From: Rubripirellula sp.
GTDB taxonomy: Bacteria; Planctomycetota; Planctomycetia; Pirellulales; Pirellulaceae
NCBI GenBank assembly: GCA_965216875.1
Contig: OZ244207.1
Span: 608,001 to 672,000 of the forward strand
DNA length: 64,000 bases
Direction of reading: 5' to 3'
Shown: positions 25,331 through 36,169 of the stretch, one piece after another
Position numbering within the stretch: the first letter of the stretch is position 1
Layout of the letters: the number at the start of each line of letters is the position of its first letter
Notes under the pieces: generated by a model
The model's database searches: none
What the model was told of the DNA's origin: nothing
The model's input: only the letters and a program-made list of their open reading frames with translations
Translations under genes and position numbers: made by a program

Positions 25331-28300
25331 TTATTGGGTCAGCTCAATCACGAAGTTGTCTGTTACTCCGTTTCGGGTGGTGTAGGTCAGCACGTTCTGG
25401 TCGTCACCGGTGATCGTTGCGTTCAAGTCGGGGTTCGTCTGCGGCAAACCCGACGTCGCTTTCACAAGCTTGCATCGCTTGTGAGCAAGCACCACTTTGA
25501 TGACGCGCGGTGGCGATTGCTTGGGCCCGTCTCCTCGGCTGACCAAAATCGTTGGGTCAGAAATAGCTAGCTGAATCGTGTCTGGTCCACTTGGCTTGAC
25601 CATGATGTTCAGCCGCCTGTCGGTGCTTTCAATGTGTGGCAACTGAGTTGAGATTCTGGGCGTAAAAAAGATGTAGCTGTAGAGATCGTCGTCTTTGCTG
25701 TAGACCACATGAGCGATGTCATCTTGACGCAGCACCTTGTAACGCGGCTCTTTCGCGTTCCGCTTGACGGTTTCCAAAAACTCGGCTGGCTCCTGCCCAT
25801 CGCTGTTCAACAGAATGCAGTATCGATGGTCGGATTCCTGTGCAGCATCGCCGTGGTCAAGCCATGCGGTTACAAATTCACCGGTCGCCTTCTCGCCTTC
25901 ATCGCTTAGCTTTGATGACACGGCATTCTCCTGATCGGCCCATTGGACATGCAGCTTGCAGTTCTGCCCCTGGGGAATGATCCACGCGTGTCCATATGGT
26001 GAAATTACAAAGCAATTCTGTGACGAATCAACAACTTGGTTCACGCCTTTGTTCTTGAAGGTTCGCGAATTCACCACGACCTCCGGGCTCGCCAAAGACC
26101 AACGTCGAAGGTCTCGGCACTGCCAGTTTTCGTCGCCAACCGCATTCTGAAAGAGCGTCGTTTCCATGTGGCGCGAAACCGGTGAGTCGAAGGTTTTGAA
26201 CCCTGTGCCAAGACAAATGATCTGATTCCCAAGAAAGTGATAGGACTTGTTGCCGTGGAAGTCGCCAGCATGCTTTTTGAGTCCTTCGAGTCGGAGTCGC
26301 GGGTTGATGTGAATGGCCAGATTTCCCCATTGGCCCAGCTGTGAAGCTGTCTCTCCGAAAGTGACGGAGCCTCCGTAATGCAGGCTGTGCCCGTTTTCAT
26401 CGGTCTTCACATCGTTGTCACCACCAAAACCACGAACTCCCAGGGCCCTGATTTCTTCCATGCTCAGCTTTGGCATCGTCACGCCCGAAGTGCGAGACCA
26501 GTCGTAGCCGGCCGCATTTCCGCCGAGGTGAGCCGCATGCCGGTTTCCGAGTTTGCTTTCATGGATAAACAAGGATCCGAAAGCGCGATGCGGCAAGTTG
26601 AAGATGCGGCCTTCGGGTTCTGGCACCGAGCTCGCCATGTAGTTGAAGCTGCGCGCGTGCACCTTGGTCATTCCCGTCACGTAGACAGATGCGGCGGACC
26701 AGTTCAAATCGAGATGAAACTGCTGTGCCGCTTCTATTGGGATGCCTTTCGTTTTGGGGTATTTGTCATGAATCTGTTGAAGGTTGTATGGTTCCAGGTG
26801 ATAGTCGCGCAACACCGATGCCAGGTACTTTCTAGCTGCCGGGACTTGCTCCCAGTCCATCGCGTAGAACTGATCGAACCCGCCCGTCGCCCCGATTTGA
26901 TTGATAAAATCCGTTTCCCGAGGGCTAATCGGCTCGAGTTTTCCAAAGCTGTTGCTCAACCACGGGTTGATGTCGTGGATTGTCGGAAAGCAATACAGGA
27001 ACCGAATGCTGTGTTCGGCCAGGTTCTTGTACGTGATGCGGTCTTCGGGCTGCTCAAGCGGCGTCCCCAGGAAGCGAAGCCCTTCCTTCAGGTAGCCGCC
27101 ATAATTCCCGCCCCAGTAGCCAATCAAATGGCCGTGGTGAAAGAACGTGTAGTCCGGTTTGATCATGCTCATCGCGCCGTAGTCTGAGATCGCAATCGTG
27201 CGATTCCAGCGCCGCCGGAGCGCATCCAAATCCCGATAGAGAACCTTGTCATCTAATTCGGTGAACGACGCCAGGTAAGCCTGTGATGCCGCGACGCCAA
27301 CTTCTCGTGTCGCTCCTGGGATGTCCGAATACAGGAATCGGTTATACGAGTTTCCCCACTTCGCCAGGCCGGACAGATAGTCTGCGTACTCAAGGTCCTG
27401 GGGAGTTCCGAGCGCTTTGAACACGGGAACGATTCGCAGCAGGACCGGCAGGTCACGAGCAACATACGAGCGATGCAGATACTCCCCTCCGTTCTTGCCA
27501 TCCTCAAGGCCGTGATACCGAAACCAGTCCAGCGTCGCCTTCACTTTGTACTCAAGCTGCTTGCAGCCGGGATACTTCAGCCACTGGTTGATGTCGTTAG
27601 ATAACTGCCCGCGCATCAGGCCGACTTTGGGAATCCATTTGTATTTCATCGAGCGATTGCTGGCCGCCATGTGGTCGCCCGGAAACAGCAACACAGCGTC
27701 GGGAGATCCCTGTTGCAGGATGTTCATGCGGTGGGGATAGCGGTAGGTGCCGTCATCGTTCCTGACCAGCACTTCATCCAGAAATTTCTGCACCTCGAGT
27801 CGGACCTGCTCCGGAGCATCAATAGAAAGATCAACTTCTGCCTGTTCGCCCCGAAGGCTTGTGATGTAAGCCTGTTGTTTCTCAGTCAAGCTTTTGGGCA
27901 CAGGATTCTTTTTCGCGAACTTTCCAAAGTAGATCGTTCGGCCACCATTGTCGTCGGGAACATAGGCCGTCGGGTCATACGGCTCGTTCGGGATACCGTG
28001 ATTGACGATGTCGGGAATGTCCTCGCCACCGATCTCCAAAATGTTGCGTCCTGGATCGCTGTCAGAAATCAAGAGCCGATCGAGGTAGAAGGTTCCGGAT
28101 TCGATCGTCGTCGGCGCCTGAATCAGCAACTCGTCAGTTTCTGGGGTGAGGCCGCTCGCATCAAGCCCATCGACCGCGAATGGTTCCGCCTTCTTGACGA
28201 ACAGCGAATGCCAATGGCGATACGTCATCCAGTAAGTGGCGACTTTCGTTCCCCGCCTGTCGCGCCGGTTATCCTTGCAAAAAACCCGAATCGTCGTGCC

Positions 28301-28783
28301 TTGCGGAAGTGGCTGTTCTTGGCAGATTGAGAGTCGGGCAATGATGTCGTGCCGGCCGTCACTGATTCCCTTCAGGTTCCTGATTCGCAGAACATCACCC
28401 TTTTTCCAGTCCCAGCGAATCGATTTCTCACCGGCTTTGGAATGTGCGTCGCTGACGCTCAAACGGCTCGAAGCAGAAACGCTCCAGCTTCTGGGCAAAG
28501 ACTCCAGGATGAAGGCTCGAATCTTGTCCGACGTTTCCAGATCAAACCGCTCTCCCTTTTCGCCAAGTTGCGTTTCGGGATGAACCCGTCTTCCGTAGCC
28601 GACCAGAACTTCTTCAGGGACGTCTTCCAATTGCAGTTGTGTGAGGTCGTGATTGAAGTAGATCGGCACTTCCTGCGAATAGGCCTGCCCATTGGAATCG
28701 CCGTCCGACGGCGTCTGCGCGAAGACAGTTGTCGCGCCAATCAGCACGAGTTTTAGAGCAAGAGTTATTGTTCGCTTCATCAT
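25331..28783 (-). CDS. Secreted polysaccharide lyase, PL8 / chondroitinase-ABC-like
   Basis: Signal peptide; GEKSIRWDW, IKPDYTFFHH..Y, GYDWSRTSGVT, KSYHFLGNQIICLG, ETTLFQ, AWLDHG. Confidence 0.75.
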   Translation of the reverse strand: MMKRTITLALKLVLIGATTVFAQTPSDGDSNGQAYSQEVPIYFNHDLTQLQLEDVPEEVLVGYGRRVHPETQLGEKGERFDLETSDKIRAFILESLPRSWSVSASSRLSVSDAHSKAGEKSIRWDWKKGDVLRIRNLKGISDGRHDIIARLSICQEQPLPQGTTIRVFCKDNRRDRRGTKVATYWMTYRHWHSLFVKKAEPFAVDGLDASGLTPETDELLIQAPTTIESGTFYLDRLLISDSDPGRNILEIGGEDIPDIVNHGIPNEPYDPTAYVPDDNGGRTIYFGKFAKKNPVPKSLTEKQQAYITSLRGEQAEVDLSIDAPEQVRLEVQKFLDEVLVRNDDGTYRYPHRMNILQQGSPDAVLLFPGDHMAASNRSMKYKWIPKVGLMRGQLSNDINQWLKYPGCKQLEYKVKATLDWFRYHGLEDGKNGGEYLHRSYVARDLPVLLRIVPVFKALGTPQDLEYADYLSGLAKWGNSYNRFLYSDIPGATREVGVAASQAYLASFTELDDKVLYRDLDALRRRWNRTIAISDYGAMSMIKPDYTFFHHGHLIGYWGGNYGGYLKEGLRFLGTPLEQPEDRITYKNLAEHSIRFLYCFPTIHDINPWLSNSFGKLEPISPRETDFINQIGATGGFDQFYAMDWEQVPAARKYLASVLRDYHLEPYNLQQIHDKYPKTKGIPIEAAQQFHLDLNWSAASVYVTGMTKVHARSFNYMASSVPEPEGRIFNLPHRAFGSLFIHESKLGNRHAAHLGGNAAGYDWSRTSGVTMPKLSMEEIRALGVRGFGGDNDVKTDENGHSLHYGGSVTFGETASQLGQWGNLAIHINPRLRLEGLKKHAGDFHGNKSYHFLGNQIICLGTGFKTFDSPVSRHMETTLFQNAVGDENWQCRDLRRWSLASPEVVVNSRTFKNKGVNQVVDSSQNCFVISPYGHAWIIPQGQNCKLHVQWADQENAVSSKLSDEGEKATGEFVTAWLDHGDAAQESDHRYCILLNSDGQEPAEFLETVKRNAKEPRYKVLRQDDIAHVVYSKDDDLYSYIFFTPRISTQLPHIESTDRRLNIMVKPSGPDTIQLAISDPTILVSRGDGPKQSPPRVIKVVLAHKRCKLVKATSGLPQTNPDLNATITGDDQNVLTYTTRNGVTDNFVIELTQ

Positions 28784-29737
28784 GATGTTCTCGAATCACT
28801 GTGCCGTAGCTTTACTGTGCCGTAGCTCTGGAGACTGCGGGCGACTTCGCATGGGCCGACCAAGTCCACGTTCAGCCCTTTATCATGCATTTCTTTTTCC
28901 AGACCATTAGCACAAAAAATACTCTGAATGGCCGGCCGACGCGCGGACTCTGCAAGGTAGGCGGACGCCAGTCTCCATAAAAACCGCCGCGACAAGAGCA
29001 CGAACTGAATACTTCCAATCGTGTCTTCGGGGCGAAGAACGGGCACTCTCTGAGTCTCTGAAATCTGGGTCTCAGAAGGCAAACAGAGTGTTAACCAGGA
29101 TGTCAGTGTTAACCGAGAGACTCAGAGACATTGCTCTGCCCGAGATCGGGGTGGAGGGCGAGAAAGGGCTTTCTCGAAGCTGACCCCGGGCGAGACGAGA
29201 CTAGCGAAGTTTGCGGCGGGTTGCGGCAAAAACGCCGGAAACGCGGGGCTCAAACGCAAACAGGCCGAAGCGGATGCTTCGGCCTGGTTAACACATGGAT
29301 CGGTTGTCTGAATCGACAACCGTCTCGAAAGGCTCCCCCGACAGGGTGCGAACGATTGCACTGTTTCCCAGCAAATATCGACATTGCTCAACTTAGGCGA
29401 AGCAGAATCCACAGCACTTCGCGACGAATCCACGCTACGCGAGTTGGTTCGGCTCTGGTCCACTCTGGACATTGAAATCCAAAACTCACTCTTGGCAATC
29501 GCAAAGAGCACATCCAAGCGAGGATAGTTCGTTCGACACCCCAGAGGAGCTGAACAGTCAGACAGAAGCCCCGCAACACCGGCGTGTGATTGATTCTGCG
29601 GTGTCACCGGCGGTGACATCAGCGATAACCAGCACCGATGCGGAGCAGCTTGCTGAACTCGTGAGACGTTGGCCGACGCTTAGTGACGCGATGCGGAATG
29701 CGATTTTGATGATCGCTCGTGACGCTTCACGAGCAAC

Positions 29738-30094
29738 CTAGCTTCGCTTTTTGCGATTTGGTTCCTTGGTTGATTCGTGTTCCGTTTTCGGCCACGTCCA
29801 TTCCGTTTGTGGCGGGCAACCTTCGTCCACCCAAGCTTTGATTTCCTCGTATCCCCAACGCTTTATCCGTCCGATGTAAACCGGCGCGGGCATGTTGCCG
29901 GTTCGGTGTCGTTTGTAGACGGTCCGCGACGACACATTCATAAGCTTTGCGACTTCTGCTTGGCCGATCATCAATCCAGCATCCGCCGGTGGCTCTTGTC
30001 CGCCGAACATTACATGCTTCGATGCGGCGAGCCGTCGTTCTCTTGCGGCTTCTTCAGGGTCCGGTAGTTGGAGAAAGTGCAAGATTCGTTCCAC
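29738..30094 (-). CDS. AlpA-like HTH regulator / excisionase
   Basis: EVAKLMNVSSRTVY..MPAPVYIGRIKRW..EIKAW. Confidence 0.8.
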   Translation of the reverse strand: MERILHFLQLPDPEEAARERRLAASKHVMFGGQEPPADAGLMIGQAEVAKLMNVSSRTVYKRHRTGNMPAPVYIGRIKRWGYEEIKAWVDEGCPPQTEWTWPKTEHESTKEPNRKKRS

Positions 30095-30435
30095 GAGTTT
30101 TTGATTGAATCATTGTCGATGGTGACACGTAGCACGATTTCGGTTTCGCTTTGACTCATGATTCACCTTGTACGTTGGTCGAAATGTCGCGTGGAAGTCC
30201 CCTCCGAGCGAGGAACTCAAAGGATTCAGCCGTTTTCATTGAGCCCCACTCACGGCGGGTTTGTAGTGGCGGACAACGTTGGGGCGACGCTCGGTACGGC
30301 TTGCCCGTATCGAGTAATATGGCGGCTACGTGTCGCAGGTTCGACTAGTTAGACGGTGCCAGAGCGTGCCCAGTCGCCCTAGACAAAAAAGTCTATCGGA
30401 TTCCACCGAAATGTCGCGTAATCCGACCGGAATCA

Positions 30436-31269
30436 ATGTTTGTTGATCGAGACGGCGCCGTTAGGATTCTCAACCCAAAGAACGTTTTCGTACCGACGCA
30501 ACGGAAAGCTCGCATGACTGCTCTCATCGACCGACCCGCTGAAGAAACCCAGCATTGTGAGTTTGGCCAAGCGGAGTTCGATTCGATCTGGTGGGGGAGT
30601 CCCGACGTTGTCTTTACTCCGGCATTCTGGGCCGAGGTGACGCGATTGTCGTGTGACGACGCGTTTGAGTGTCATCGCCTGACGGATTCGTTGGCCAGCG
30701 AATGTATTATGTGTTTGTTGGGCGGACACGGAATTCCAGCCGAACACGGCATTGCCGCTTTTCAAGCCCTCAGCAAGGCGAGTCTTCTCAATGCTTCTGA
30801 GCCTCCGTCATTGGAAGAGATATCCAGTGTGTTGGAGGAGCCGATTGAACTCCCGTCGGGCCGGTCAATTAAGTATCGGTTCGCAAAACAGAAGAGTCGC
30901 TATATCACGAACTTTCTTCACTCGTTTGAAGAGCCACTTGACCTTGACCAATGGGAACATGTTGCAATCCGTGACTGGCTGGTTGAATTCGACGGAATTG
31001 GGCTCAAAACCGCGTCGTGGATTGTTCGAAATTGGTTCGATGCCGACGATGTCGCGATCCTGGACATCCATGTTATCCGTGCAGGTGTATTGGCTGGCTT
31101 TTTCGAGCCAGAAAATTCTTTGCCGCGTGACTATCGCAAGATGGAACAAGAGTATTTATCATTTGCGGAAACAATTGGGGTACGACCGTCTCTATTGGAT
31201 GCCGTAATCTGGGATCAAATGAGACGAGCTGGAGGTCTGGCAATTCGCCTATTCCAGAGTCACCTCTAA
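30436..31269 (+). CDS. HhH-GPD DNA glycosylase, 8-oxoguanine glycosylase-like
   Basis: CLLGG, YRF..QK, GIGLKTASWIVRN..VAILDIHVIR. Confidence 0.85.
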   Translation: MFVDRDGAVRILNPKNVFVPTQRKARMTALIDRPAEETQHCEFGQAEFDSIWWGSPDVVFTPAFWAEVTRLSCDDAFECHRLTDSLASECIMCLLGGHGIPAEHGIAAFQALSKASLLNASEPPSLEEISSVLEEPIELPSGRSIKYRFAKQKSRYITNFLHSFEEPLDLDQWEHVAIRDWLVEFDGIGLKTASWIVRNWFDADDVAILDIHVIRAGVLAGFFEPENSLPRDYRKMEQEYLSFAETIGVRPSLLDAVIWDQMRRAGGLAIRLFQSHL

Positions 31270-31295
31270 ATTTTCACTAGTTGGGGGCAAGCATT

Positions 31296-31637
31296 ATGTC
31301 TGGTGGTGGTGGTGGCGGGGCCGGTGGTTCAGGCGGTGGAGGTGGTGGACCTTCGCAGGATTGCTCGACCCTTATCTTTCGCACAGTTCTTAGTTCCCCG
31401 AAGCCTGCAGTTGTAGCGAAGTTATCCGTCAATGATCGGCTAAGCATTGACAAAAGAGGCGACGCGGGCCCAGCAGTTGCTGTGACTTCCGATGGGGAAG
31501 ACGCCGGCTCCATAACTTCGACAAAACTTGGCCAGATGCTTGCTTGTATTGATGATGGCTACGAGTACGAGGCGACTGTCACGAAGGTAAACGGCGGCTC
31601 GGTCGAGGTTGAGATACGTCCGAGTGCGTCACCGTGA
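31296..31637 (+). CDS. Small protein with Gly-rich N-terminus and beta-rich (HIRAN-like?) domain
   Basis: MSGGGGGGAGGSGGGGGG; overlaps the next gene; alternative TTG start at 31281. Confidence 0.75.
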   Translation: MSGGGGGGAGGSGGGGGGPSQDCSTLIFRTVLSSPKPAVVAKLSVNDRLSIDKRGDAGPAVAVTSDGEDAGSITSTKLGQMLACIDDGYEYEATVTKVNGGSVEVEIRPSASP

Positions 31638-32839
31638 TCGACATCATAGGTGGACTTTACAAGGAGTATTGCGATTCCGGTCGATGGTCTGAACTGTATG
31701 GTTCTGGACTTAGAGCGGCCGCAGCACTCTCCTTCCGCTGCGACGATGTTCGACTTACCGGCTGCGTAGGCAAAAGCGACATTGCGACTGCGAATGCGGT
31801 CGCTGAAACTTTTGGCATCAGGCTTTCGGCATCTCATATTGATGAAACGGTTAGTTTCTCGTACTTGCACGGCTTGGCTTCGCCAGAAATCTTCCCGAAG
31901 TCAGCGCGTGCATCAGAACCGTTAACGCTTGTCGGTGACAACGTTCTGGCGTTTGGAATGATCGAAACCGATTGGCAGATCATCGGCAAGCGCGTAGTTT
32001 ATGACCCGCAAGACCCTGTTCATCCGGTTGGATTTCGAGGACGTGAAAAGTGCCAGGCTGACTCGCTTGCGATTGTCTGTAACAGCAATGAGTTGCGATT
32101 GCTCACGAACGTAGCGGATATCACCGAGGCGGCTCTTGCACTTCTGTCGATGGAATCCGCGGAGGTGGTTGTTGTTAAGTGTGGCGCTCGCGGCGCGTTG
32201 GTATGTACAAGCAATGGTATTGAGAAGGTGCCTGCGTTTCGGACTTCGAGTGTCTGGCCGCTGGGCTCCGGGGATGTATTTGCGGCAAACTTTGCACATC
32301 AGTGGACTTGTCTCGAGAACGAAGCGGTTGAAAGCGCTCTTGCGGCATCAAAAGCAACCGCCTTCTATTGCCAAGAACGTACGCTTCCAATTCCTTTGAA
32401 AGTGGAAGACACGCTAGGAAAAAGCCTGAGTCCGATCGTTCTGAATGATGAAGCAAAGAGGAAGAAAATCTATTTGGCGGGACCGTTCTTCAGCGTTATG
32501 GAACGATGGATGATTGAGGAAACACGATCGTTGCTATCGCAATCGGGTTTTGATGTTTTCTCGCCGTTACATGACGTTGGAATTGGGTCAGCAAGCGAAG
32601 TTGTCCAGCAAGACCTACGTGGACTCGAAACCTGCGACGGCGTCTTTGCAGTATTGGACAATCTAGATTCGGGCACGCTTTTTGAGGTTGGATACGCACG
32701 CGCTAGAGACTTGCCTGTTGTTGGTTATGCGGAAAACGTTGCCGAAGAATCACTAAAGATGCTTGAGGGCACTGACTGCCACATTCATCACGATTTTGTA
32801 TCTGCAATCTATAGTCTCCAGTGGGTAATGGGTGAGTAG
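31634..32839 (+). CDS. PfkB-family kinase fused to nucleoside 2-deoxyribosyltransferase domain
   Basis: VVKCGARGA, GSGDVFAA; IYLAGPFF..DSGTLFEVGYA. Confidence 0.88.
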   Translation: MIDIIGGLYKEYCDSGRWSELYGSGLRAAAALSFRCDDVRLTGCVGKSDIATANAVAETFGIRLSASHIDETVSFSYLHGLASPEIFPKSARASEPLTLVGDNVLAFGMIETDWQIIGKRVVYDPQDPVHPVGFRGREKCQADSLAIVCNSNELRLLTNVADITEAALALLSMESAEVVVVKCGARGALVCTSNGIEKVPAFRTSSVWPLGSGDVFAANFAHQWTCLENEAVESALAASKATAFYCQERTLPIPLKVEDTLGKSLSPIVLNDEAKRKKIYLAGPFFSVMERWMIEETRSLLSQSGFDVFSPLHDVGIGSASEVVQQDLRGLETCDGVFAVLDNLDSGTLFEVGYARARDLPVVGYAENVAEESLKMLEGTDCHIHHDFVSAIYSLQWVMGE

Positions 32840-33437
32840 TGTGGAACTATTGCTTCTTAGCGGTGGGATCGACTCTGCTTGTCTCGCATTTTGGCGTCGG
32901 CCGAAGCACGCAATCACCATTGACTACGGACAAGTCTGTGCGAAGGCCGAGCGTGATGCTTCATCACATTTCTGCCAGCTATTTGGCATCAAACATCACA
33001 CGGTTCGTCTTGATACGGGAATGCTTGGATCGGGTGACCTAGCTGGGCAACCACCTCATGAATTGGCGCCGGAAAGTGAATGGTGGCCGTTCCGAAATCA
33101 GTTACTTCTCACTGTCGCCGCAATAACAGCGGTATCCTTGAGAGTTGATAAGCTCCTACTCGGGACAGTTAGTAGCGACTCATTTCACGCGGACGGGCGA
33201 GTCGATTTTGTATCTGCAGTTGATCGGCTCCTGCAGTTGCAGGAAGGCAATCTTCAAATTGAAGCACCGGCAATTGCAATGGATAGCGCAACGTTAGTCA
33301 AGGAATGTAGGATTCCGTTTTCACATCTCGGATGGGCCCACTCGTGCCATACCAATGACTTGGCGTGCGGACATTGCCGTGGCTGCAACAAACATCGCGA
33401 CGTGATGGAACGCTTGGGCGTATTTGAGCATGGTTAA
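32832..33437 (+). CDS. QueC-family PP-loop enzyme
   Basis: LLSGGIDS, DYGQ, PFRNQ, HSC..CGHCRGC. Confidence 0.88.
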   Translation: MSSVELLLLSGGIDSACLAFWRRPKHAITIDYGQVCAKAERDASSHFCQLFGIKHHTVRLDTGMLGSGDLAGQPPHELAPESEWWPFRNQLLLTVAAITAVSLRVDKLLLGTVSSDSFHADGRVDFVSAVDRLLQLQEGNLQIEAPAIAMDSATLVKECRIPFSHLGWAHSCHTNDLACGHCRGCNKHRDVMERLGVFEHG

Positions 33438-34101
33438 CCGTGATCCGTCGCCGCGCAAAGTACGACTTGACTATGAGGAGGCAAGTCTATGCGTTGCGGC
33501 AAAGCAGAATCTCCCTGTGCCAAAGGCGAACAGTGATCGAGCGTTTTTCGATGTTGTCCGCAGCCGCCGGTCTTGCAGGAGTTTTGGTGCGTTGACGGAC
33601 GAGCAACTAGGCTCGCTTTTCTGGTACACAGCCAAGACGACGCGGACTTTGGGATCATGGCAGGGCCGGGCGACGCCTTCGGCAGGTGGCATTCATCCAG
33701 TCGATCTTTTAGTTGTCGATCATTGCGATGAAAGTGTTCGATTGAGAATGTATGATTCGATGTCTCACGCTCTGTCAACTATTCGCATCGACAACGAACC
33801 TGCTGCCCTCTCATTGTTCGAGCGTTTAAATGGAGTTGTTGAGATTCAAAATGGCGCGGCAATTGTATTCGCGGCACAGTTTGAGAAAACAAGAGCGGTG
33901 TATGAGAACGCTGACAGTCTTGTGTGGCGAGATGCTGGTGCGCTACTGTACGCGTTCTACACCGTTTGTGAAGGAGTGGGGCTTAACTGTTGCGGGATGG
34001 GCATTACATGTTCATCAGAAGTTGGAGAAGCGTTAGGGTCGCCACTCTACGAAGGAGTCGGTGGCTGTGCCGTTGGCAGCAAGCAAACCGGAGCAACATA
34101 G
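33430..34101 (+). CDS. SagB/nitroreductase-family protein
   Basis: RRSCRSF, TPSAGGIHP, RDAG. Confidence 0.82.
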   Translation: MVNRDPSPRKVRLDYEEASLCVAAKQNLPVPKANSDRAFFDVVRSRRSCRSFGALTDEQLGSLFWYTAKTTRTLGSWQGRATPSAGGIHPVDLLVVDHCDESVRLRMYDSMSHALSTIRIDNEPAALSLFERLNGVVEIQNGAAIVFAAQFEKTRAVYENADSLVWRDAGALLYAFYTVCEGVGLNCCGMGITCSSEVGEALGSPLYEGVGGCAVGSKQTGAT

Positions 34102-34274
34102 GTGTGAGTTGGTCGATGAGACGTCTGCCAAGAAGCCCTTTGTAGCCGTATATAAGTGCCTGGAAGTCGATGTATACGTCCAAAGCTGATGATCGCAACA
34201 TGTTGGTTCGATCAGGAACGGATAGTGATTTGATTCGGACGATTTCTGCGGTTTGTTACAGCAACGATTAGTCG

Positions 34275-35315
34275 GTGAGCATTGTGAAAAGTATTGCGTT
34301 TTTCAACAACAAAGGCGGCGTCGGTAAAACGACGTTGTCGTGCAATATCGCTGCCCATTTTGCTAAGGAACTTGGGAAGCGAGTGCTGGTGATTGATTGT
34401 GATCCTCAGTGCAATGCGTCGCAATTGATTCTATCCGAGGAGCGATGCTTTGATGTTTATCAAGCGGAGTCAGGCGACGATGCATCAACGCTCCTGTCAA
34501 TCCTTCATCCAATTAGCGATGGAGACGGTAGTATCGCGACCGATACAACGCCCGAGCTTTCAAGTCAAAATCGCTTCGCGGTTGATTTGATTCCCGGTCA
34601 CCCTGGAATGTCCGTTGTTGAGGACGTACTAAGTACGGCGTGGAATGATCTGCGGGCGTCTAAGGTCGGTGGGTTTCGCATCACGAACTGGTTCCCGCAA
34701 CTGATGCGTCAATTGCACAATCGTTACGACGTTGCATTCGTTGACCTTGGGCCCAGCCTTGGTCCGTTAACGCGAAGCGTGCTGCTGGGTGCGGACTATT
34801 TCGTTACGCCAATGGGTTGCGACATATTCAGCATAGTTGGGATTCAGAACATCGGTGAATGGCTAGAACGTTGGATTGACGAGTACGGTCGATACCTCGA
34901 GTTTTTTAGACGTGACAATAGCGCTGCTATCAAACGTTTTCAAATCAAAGAGCATCTGTCGATCCAGAACGGTTTTTCCGGTTACACGGTTCTCCAATAC
35001 ATAACGAAGTCACGCGGCGGAGAACGGAGGGCGACCGGTGCTTTCGAGGATATTCTTGAGCAGATACCCGAAGTCATCGAGTCGTCCCTTGGTGGTTTCT
35101 TTATTGATGATTTAACTTTGGGCAACGCACATCTAGGCGACATTCCGAACCTCTTTAGCTTAGTCCCACTTGCCCAGTCGTCACATTCACCTGTGGTTGG
35201 GCTTGAGTCGAGAGACGGATTGGCGGGCGGGCAATACAAACAACAAGAGGTCTATGCGGAATTCATTGAGCGTGTTGGGAATCGGCTTGCGATCAACACG
35301 GGATTTGATGGATGA
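34275..35315 (+). CDS. ParA-family ATPase
   Basis: FNNKGGVGKTT, IDCDPQCN, DLGPSLG. Confidence 0.9.
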   Translation: MSIVKSIAFFNNKGGVGKTTLSCNIAAHFAKELGKRVLVIDCDPQCNASQLILSEERCFDVYQAESGDDASTLLSILHPISDGDGSIATDTTPELSSQNRFAVDLIPGHPGMSVVEDVLSTAWNDLRASKVGGFRITNWFPQLMRQLHNRYDVAFVDLGPSLGPLTRSVLLGADYFVTPMGCDIFSIVGIQNIGEWLERWIDEYGRYLEFFRRDNSAAIKRFQIKEHLSIQNGFSGYTVLQYITKSRGGERRATGAFEDILEQIPEVIESSLGGFFIDDLTLGNAHLGDIPNLFSLVPLAQSSHSPVVGLESRDGLAGGQYKQQEVYAEFIERVGNRLAINTGFDG

Positions 35316-36169
35316 GCATCAATTGGCCACAGTCGCTGATCCCTGAGGTCGCCGAGCGGCGTTGCATTATCGTACTGGGTTCTGGTGCAAGTGCGGGTTC
35401 GTTGTCGAGCGATGGAAAAACCCGTCCTCCGAATTGGAGCAAACTCTTGATTGACGCGGCGAGCTTGCTCGCCGATGACGACAAGAAGGTCGTGTTGGCA
35501 CTTGTCGCGAACGAGAAGTACTTGGACGCGGCCGAGATCGTCGTAAACCGGTCGAATGAGGCGGACTACGCCGAGTTTGTTCGAGATACTTTTGTTGAAC
35601 CTCGATTTGAACATTCTGAAATCCACGAACAAGTTCTTGCGCTTGATGCAAAGATTGTTGTTACGACGAACTACGATGACATATACGAAACCTACTGCAA
35701 GACAGGCAAGGGATCGCAAGGATACAATGTATGCCGCTACTATGAGTCCCACGCATTAAATGACGTTCGATCAAAAATGCGGATCATTTTGAAGGCGCAT
35801 GGGTGCGTTTCCGATCCGCAACGCACCGTACTTGCTCGCACTCAATATCACCGAGCTCAGCGTGAGAACTCGCAATTCTTCAATCTTCTCGATTCTCTTT
35901 TCTTAGCCAACACGCTTTTGTTTATTGGCTGCGGGCTTGCGGACCCCGATTTCAATTTGTTGCTTGAGAGCACTAATATCAAGTGTCCCAGCGCGCATCC
36001 ACATTACGCGGTCGTCGAGAATGGCGTTCCGCTGCCATTGCGCCAAGCGACCCGTACCGTTTACAACGTCGAATGCCTGGAATACGAGGCAGGGCAGCAT
36101 CAACAGGTTGTTGATTCGCTTAAGGAGCTAAACAATAAAGTCAGTGGTTGGCGCAGCACTCACTCATAG
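35312..36169 (+). CDS. SIR2-like domain protein
   Basis: LGSGAS, P.W, TTNYD, KAHG, LFIGCGLADP. Confidence 0.88.
   Translation: MSINWPQSLIPEVAERRCIIVLGSGASAGSLSSDGKTRPPNWSKLLIDAASLLADDDKKVVLALVANEKYLDAAEIVVNRSNEADYAEFVRDTFVEPRFEHSEIHEQVLALDAKIVVTTNYDDIYETYCKTGKGSQGYNVCRYYESHALNDVRSKMRIILKAHGCVSDPQRTVLARTQYHRAQRENSQFFNLLDSLFLANTLLFIGCGLADPDFNLLLESTNIKCPSAHPHYAVVENGVPLPLRQATRTVYNVECLEYEAGQHQQVVDSLKELNNKVSGWRSTHS

Noticed and set aside
32832..33437. Housekeeping queuosine biosynthesis gene
   Set aside because: No queD/E/F/tgt neighbours; island context
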